From: Podarcis cretensis | Lineage: Eukaryota | DNA: 64,000 bases | Direction: 5' to 3' | Assembly: GCA_951804945.1 (NCBI GenBank) | Contig: OX638152.1 | Location: 73,594,001 to 73,658,000, forward strand | In this document: positions 62,276 to 64,000 of the stretch, piece after piece | Layout: every line of letters begins with the position of its first letter | Numbering within the stretch: the first letter of the stretch is position 1 | The notes under the pieces: generated by a model | What the model saw: only the letters and a program-made list of their open reading frames with translations | Database searches by the model: none | What the model was told of the DNA's origin: nothing | Program-made: the position numbers and the translations under genes

Positions 62276-63482
62276 GGGCAAAGGGCTGTTGAATTCTTCT
62301 CCCGCTGTGCTTTTATTCTGAAAATTACCCCAAGACTAATGGCAAATTCTTCCTAGAGAAGAAAACAGCTTGGGAGAAACAGTTTTGGAGAGAAACATAC
62401 AGGTAGTGTAGTGATAATTTAAGAGGCTACAGGAGGGAAGGTGTATGTGGCTCAGTCAGTGTGGTTCAGTTTAGTTCATCCTTTAATCTGAAGCTACAGA
62501 CATTTTCATTAATTCATTAGTACCAGGATTTTCTATAATGTGGTGTTTTTTTAAGGGAAGATCTAGAGGCTCTGTCATCTGGAAACCCAGAAACATTTCC
62601 CCTCCCATGTTCCCACAAAGTCCTCACTCTCCATTTCTTCAAAATCTCCAATATATAGCCATCTGTATTCCCTTAGGTGATAAGTGAAAGCACAAAAATT
62701 GAAGAAAGAATAAATTCTGAAGACGTTTTCTGAAGATATCTGTGGGGTGGGCTGAGAAATAATTGCCAGCAGAAAAAAAGGAGTTTCAGTTACTATCCAG
62801 AATTATGGATCTTTACTTTGCTTTCAATATATTATGTAACTTCTGGATTATATCACTTTCATCAATATAAAGTGGGAATGTGGATCTTGAGTAGAGTTAT
62901 ACACACACAATTCTGAATATTAACGTATGCTCAGAGGGTGAGAGCCATTAGTTTTCCAATCAATACTACTTGTATTACTTACTTTATTAAAATCAAATTC
63001 AGCACATTCAAGCATTTTATCGTTTTACATCACCAATAAAGGAAGAAAGGAAAGAATCAAATTATGGAACGTGAGTATCGACCGGCTCTCAAATTTTGGT
63101 TATTCATTTAGGCACATCTGTCAGTTGGTCCTCTGTTATTCATGTAAACTTGCACATAGAGAGAGCCTCAGTACTCAGGCTGGAGCAAGTGAGGTAGTTC
63201 AGAGCAGTGAAAGCTTTGCACTGCCCTATGATGACTAAAAAGCTTAGACTCCATTTTGCTCAAGTGTGAGCAAGGCAACATGGTGTCAATTCCTGATTTT
63301 ATCTCCAGTTTCCTTATCGCAGCCAGACACCAATCAACAAACTCAGTCAAGGGCAACAGACAAAAATTTTAAAAAATCCAAATGTCAATAGACAGCTATG
63401 CTTGAGAGTGTAAATAGTCAGGTAAAACTGGAGAGAATAATAATAATCTTCTTCTTCTTCATCATCTGGTTGGAATTAGAAA

Positions 63483-63840
63483 TAGGGGAGAAATTTGGTT
63501 TTGTTTCACAAACTTAGCAAAGTGAACTGAAACACAGCGTTCCTTCAAAATCATTACTTCTCGCAATTTTGCAATGCAGTTCTTCAATCCACAAATGTAT
63601 ATACGGGGGAAAGTGTACATAAAAATGCACATATTCATGAAAATAACACACAAAGGTGCATTATACAAAGCAAAATTCCACAAAAATTGTGTATAGTGGG
63701 ATAAATTTATACTAAAAAGCCCCTGAATTTTAATGAGGACTTTAAAAAAATATACAAACTGCTGCAGAAATGTAGCTAACTGAACTTAAAAATTGGGGGG
63801 GGAAATGAGAAATTGAAAATGACAGATTCATCCATCCCTA
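63483..63840. mobile_element. hAT (Ac-like TIR) MITE
   Basis: Right end CATCCCTA; interior shared with 61.3-61.9 kb. Confidence 0.65.
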
Positions 63841-64000
63841 CTTAGAATACAGTTTGGGGCAGAAAAAAACCTTACCATTTTTAAATTATCTTCTCATGTA
63901 ACAACTGTGTGTGAACTGAGTTACTTTGACTAAAACTATTGGTAAAAGATCCCCCTCACAACACAGTTCCTACTTGCATGAGCCAAAAACACCTGTCTTT

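Noticed and set aside
1-64000. The many 60-160 aa ORFs in the supplied track as host genes
   Set aside because: Short, often non-ATG starts, overlapping in all frames, no recognisable domains; only BovB and L1 fragments are real peptides and they are transposon relics.

Overview
Non-coding vertebrate DNA, almost certainly from a squamate reptile and probably a lacertid lizard. This is inferred from the repeats: Sauria SINEs with (ACCTTT)n tails, RTE/BovB 3' fragments, Squam3/MIR-like SINEs, L1, L2 and CR1 3' ends, hAT and Tc1/pogo MITEs, and LTR relics. No host protein-coding gene can be identified. The only recognisable peptides are decayed retrotransposon ORF2 fragments: BovB at 23.7-24.3 kb and 18.8-19.2 kb, L1 at 14.9-15.2 kb and 43.3-43.5 kb. 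Between the repeats are repeat-free blocks rich in homeodomain, MEIS/PBX-HOX, RFX and E-box motifs, consistent with an intron or gene desert near a developmental regulator (inference). The most notable observations are: (1) an 81-bp copy of nearby sequence inside a Tc1/pogo MITE; (2) an unclassified ~326-bp element present twice in inverted orientation with identical ends and no TSD; (3) two L1 insertions sharing the target 8-mer AGAACATC; (4) a Sauria SINE with an inverted copy of its own tail at the 5' junction; (5) three-level nested insertions; (6) a candidate minus-strand terminal exon with hairpins at 38-39 kb. I do not see a clear novel multi-gene system. Boundaries of old repeats are approximate.
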